This document shows, in pieces, positions 34,062 to 34,142 of a stretch of DNA of 34,142 nucleotides. The notes under the pieces are model-generated. The model was not told where the DNA came from and did no database searches. It was given only the letters and a program-made list of their open reading frames with translations. The stretch is taken from contig OMUM01000185.1 of assembly GCA_900314225.1 (NCBI GenBank), positions 1-34,142 on the forward strand, read 5' to 3'. Every line of letters starts with the position of its first letter. Within the stretch, counting starts at the first letter, position 1. The position numbers were made by a program, and so were the translations under genes. Source of the stretch: an uncultured bacterium. GTDB lineage: Bacteria > Bacillota_I > Bacilli_A > RF39 > UBA660.

Positions 34062-34142
34062 AATCAATGAAGAAGAAGAGTAAATTTAATTAATTTGTAG
34101 AGAGTTAGGGTCTGGTGAAACCTAATAATTAATTGCTTTGAA
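34062..34142 (+). promoter_or_regulatory. T-box riboswitch leader, stem I only (truncated by the window end)
   Basis: AUGAAGAAGAAGAGUA (34067-34082) is nearly identical to the GA/K-turn base of known stem I, as I recall the glyQS-type AUGAGAAGAAGAGUA. The AGAGAG bulge lies at 34099-34104 and the distal-loop GGUGAAA at 34114-34120. The window ends at the S-turn GAA, just before the specifier codon. Confidence 0.75.

Noticed and set aside
1-34142. CRISPR arrays, tRNA or rRNA genes, IS elements and long tandem repeats.
   Set aside because: I found no spaced direct repeats, cloverleaf-compatible GC-rich segments, transposase motifs or terminal inverted repeats. Intergenic regions are short and are explained by promoters and terminators.

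Overview
This is a very AT-rich, monoderm-looking chromosomal window (Firmicutes, Erysipelotrichia-like or walled Mollicutes relative). The standard genetic code is sufficient. The flanks are ordinary housekeeping. On the left are a dGTPase-like 3' end, a hypothetical membrane protein, greA, dxs and a polytopic membrane protein. On the right are a rhodanese, rmuC, a tiny membrane ORF, trpS (minus strand), an amidoligase-family protein, a rhomboid protease (minus strand) and the 5' part of a T-box leader cut by the window end. Between them (about 5001-29677) lies one uninterrupted, entirely plus-strand locus of about 24.6 kb and 22 ORFs. It joins two machineries that are normally separate. The first is a Tad/Flp (type IVc) pilus set: CpaB-like SAF protein, CpaF/TadA ATPase, TadB- and TadC-like platform proteins, a 49-aa Flp-like pilin missed by the ORF track, two TadE-like pseudopilins and a TadZ/CpaE-like protein with a degenerate P-loop. 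The second is a Gram-positive-type type IV secretion system: two VirB2/TrbC-like pilin paralogs, a VirB6/TrbL-like channel protein, a PrgI/VirB3-like protein, a VirB4 ATPase split into two coupled ORFs, a SpoIID-like plus cysteine-peptidase-like wall hydrolase, and a VirD4/TraG coupling protein. The locus also encodes a class B sortase with no visible substrate and a secreted protein of about 880 aa with about 31 cysteines. Two paralogous N-terminally anchored surface proteins bookend the locus. I see no relaxase, integrase, replication gene, prepilin peptidase or flanking direct repeats. The locus therefore does not look like a standard ICE or plasmid. It is my main candidate for a previously undescribed composite surface or transfer apparatus. 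All calls rest on motif recognition by eye, hydropathy and gene order; no searches were run.
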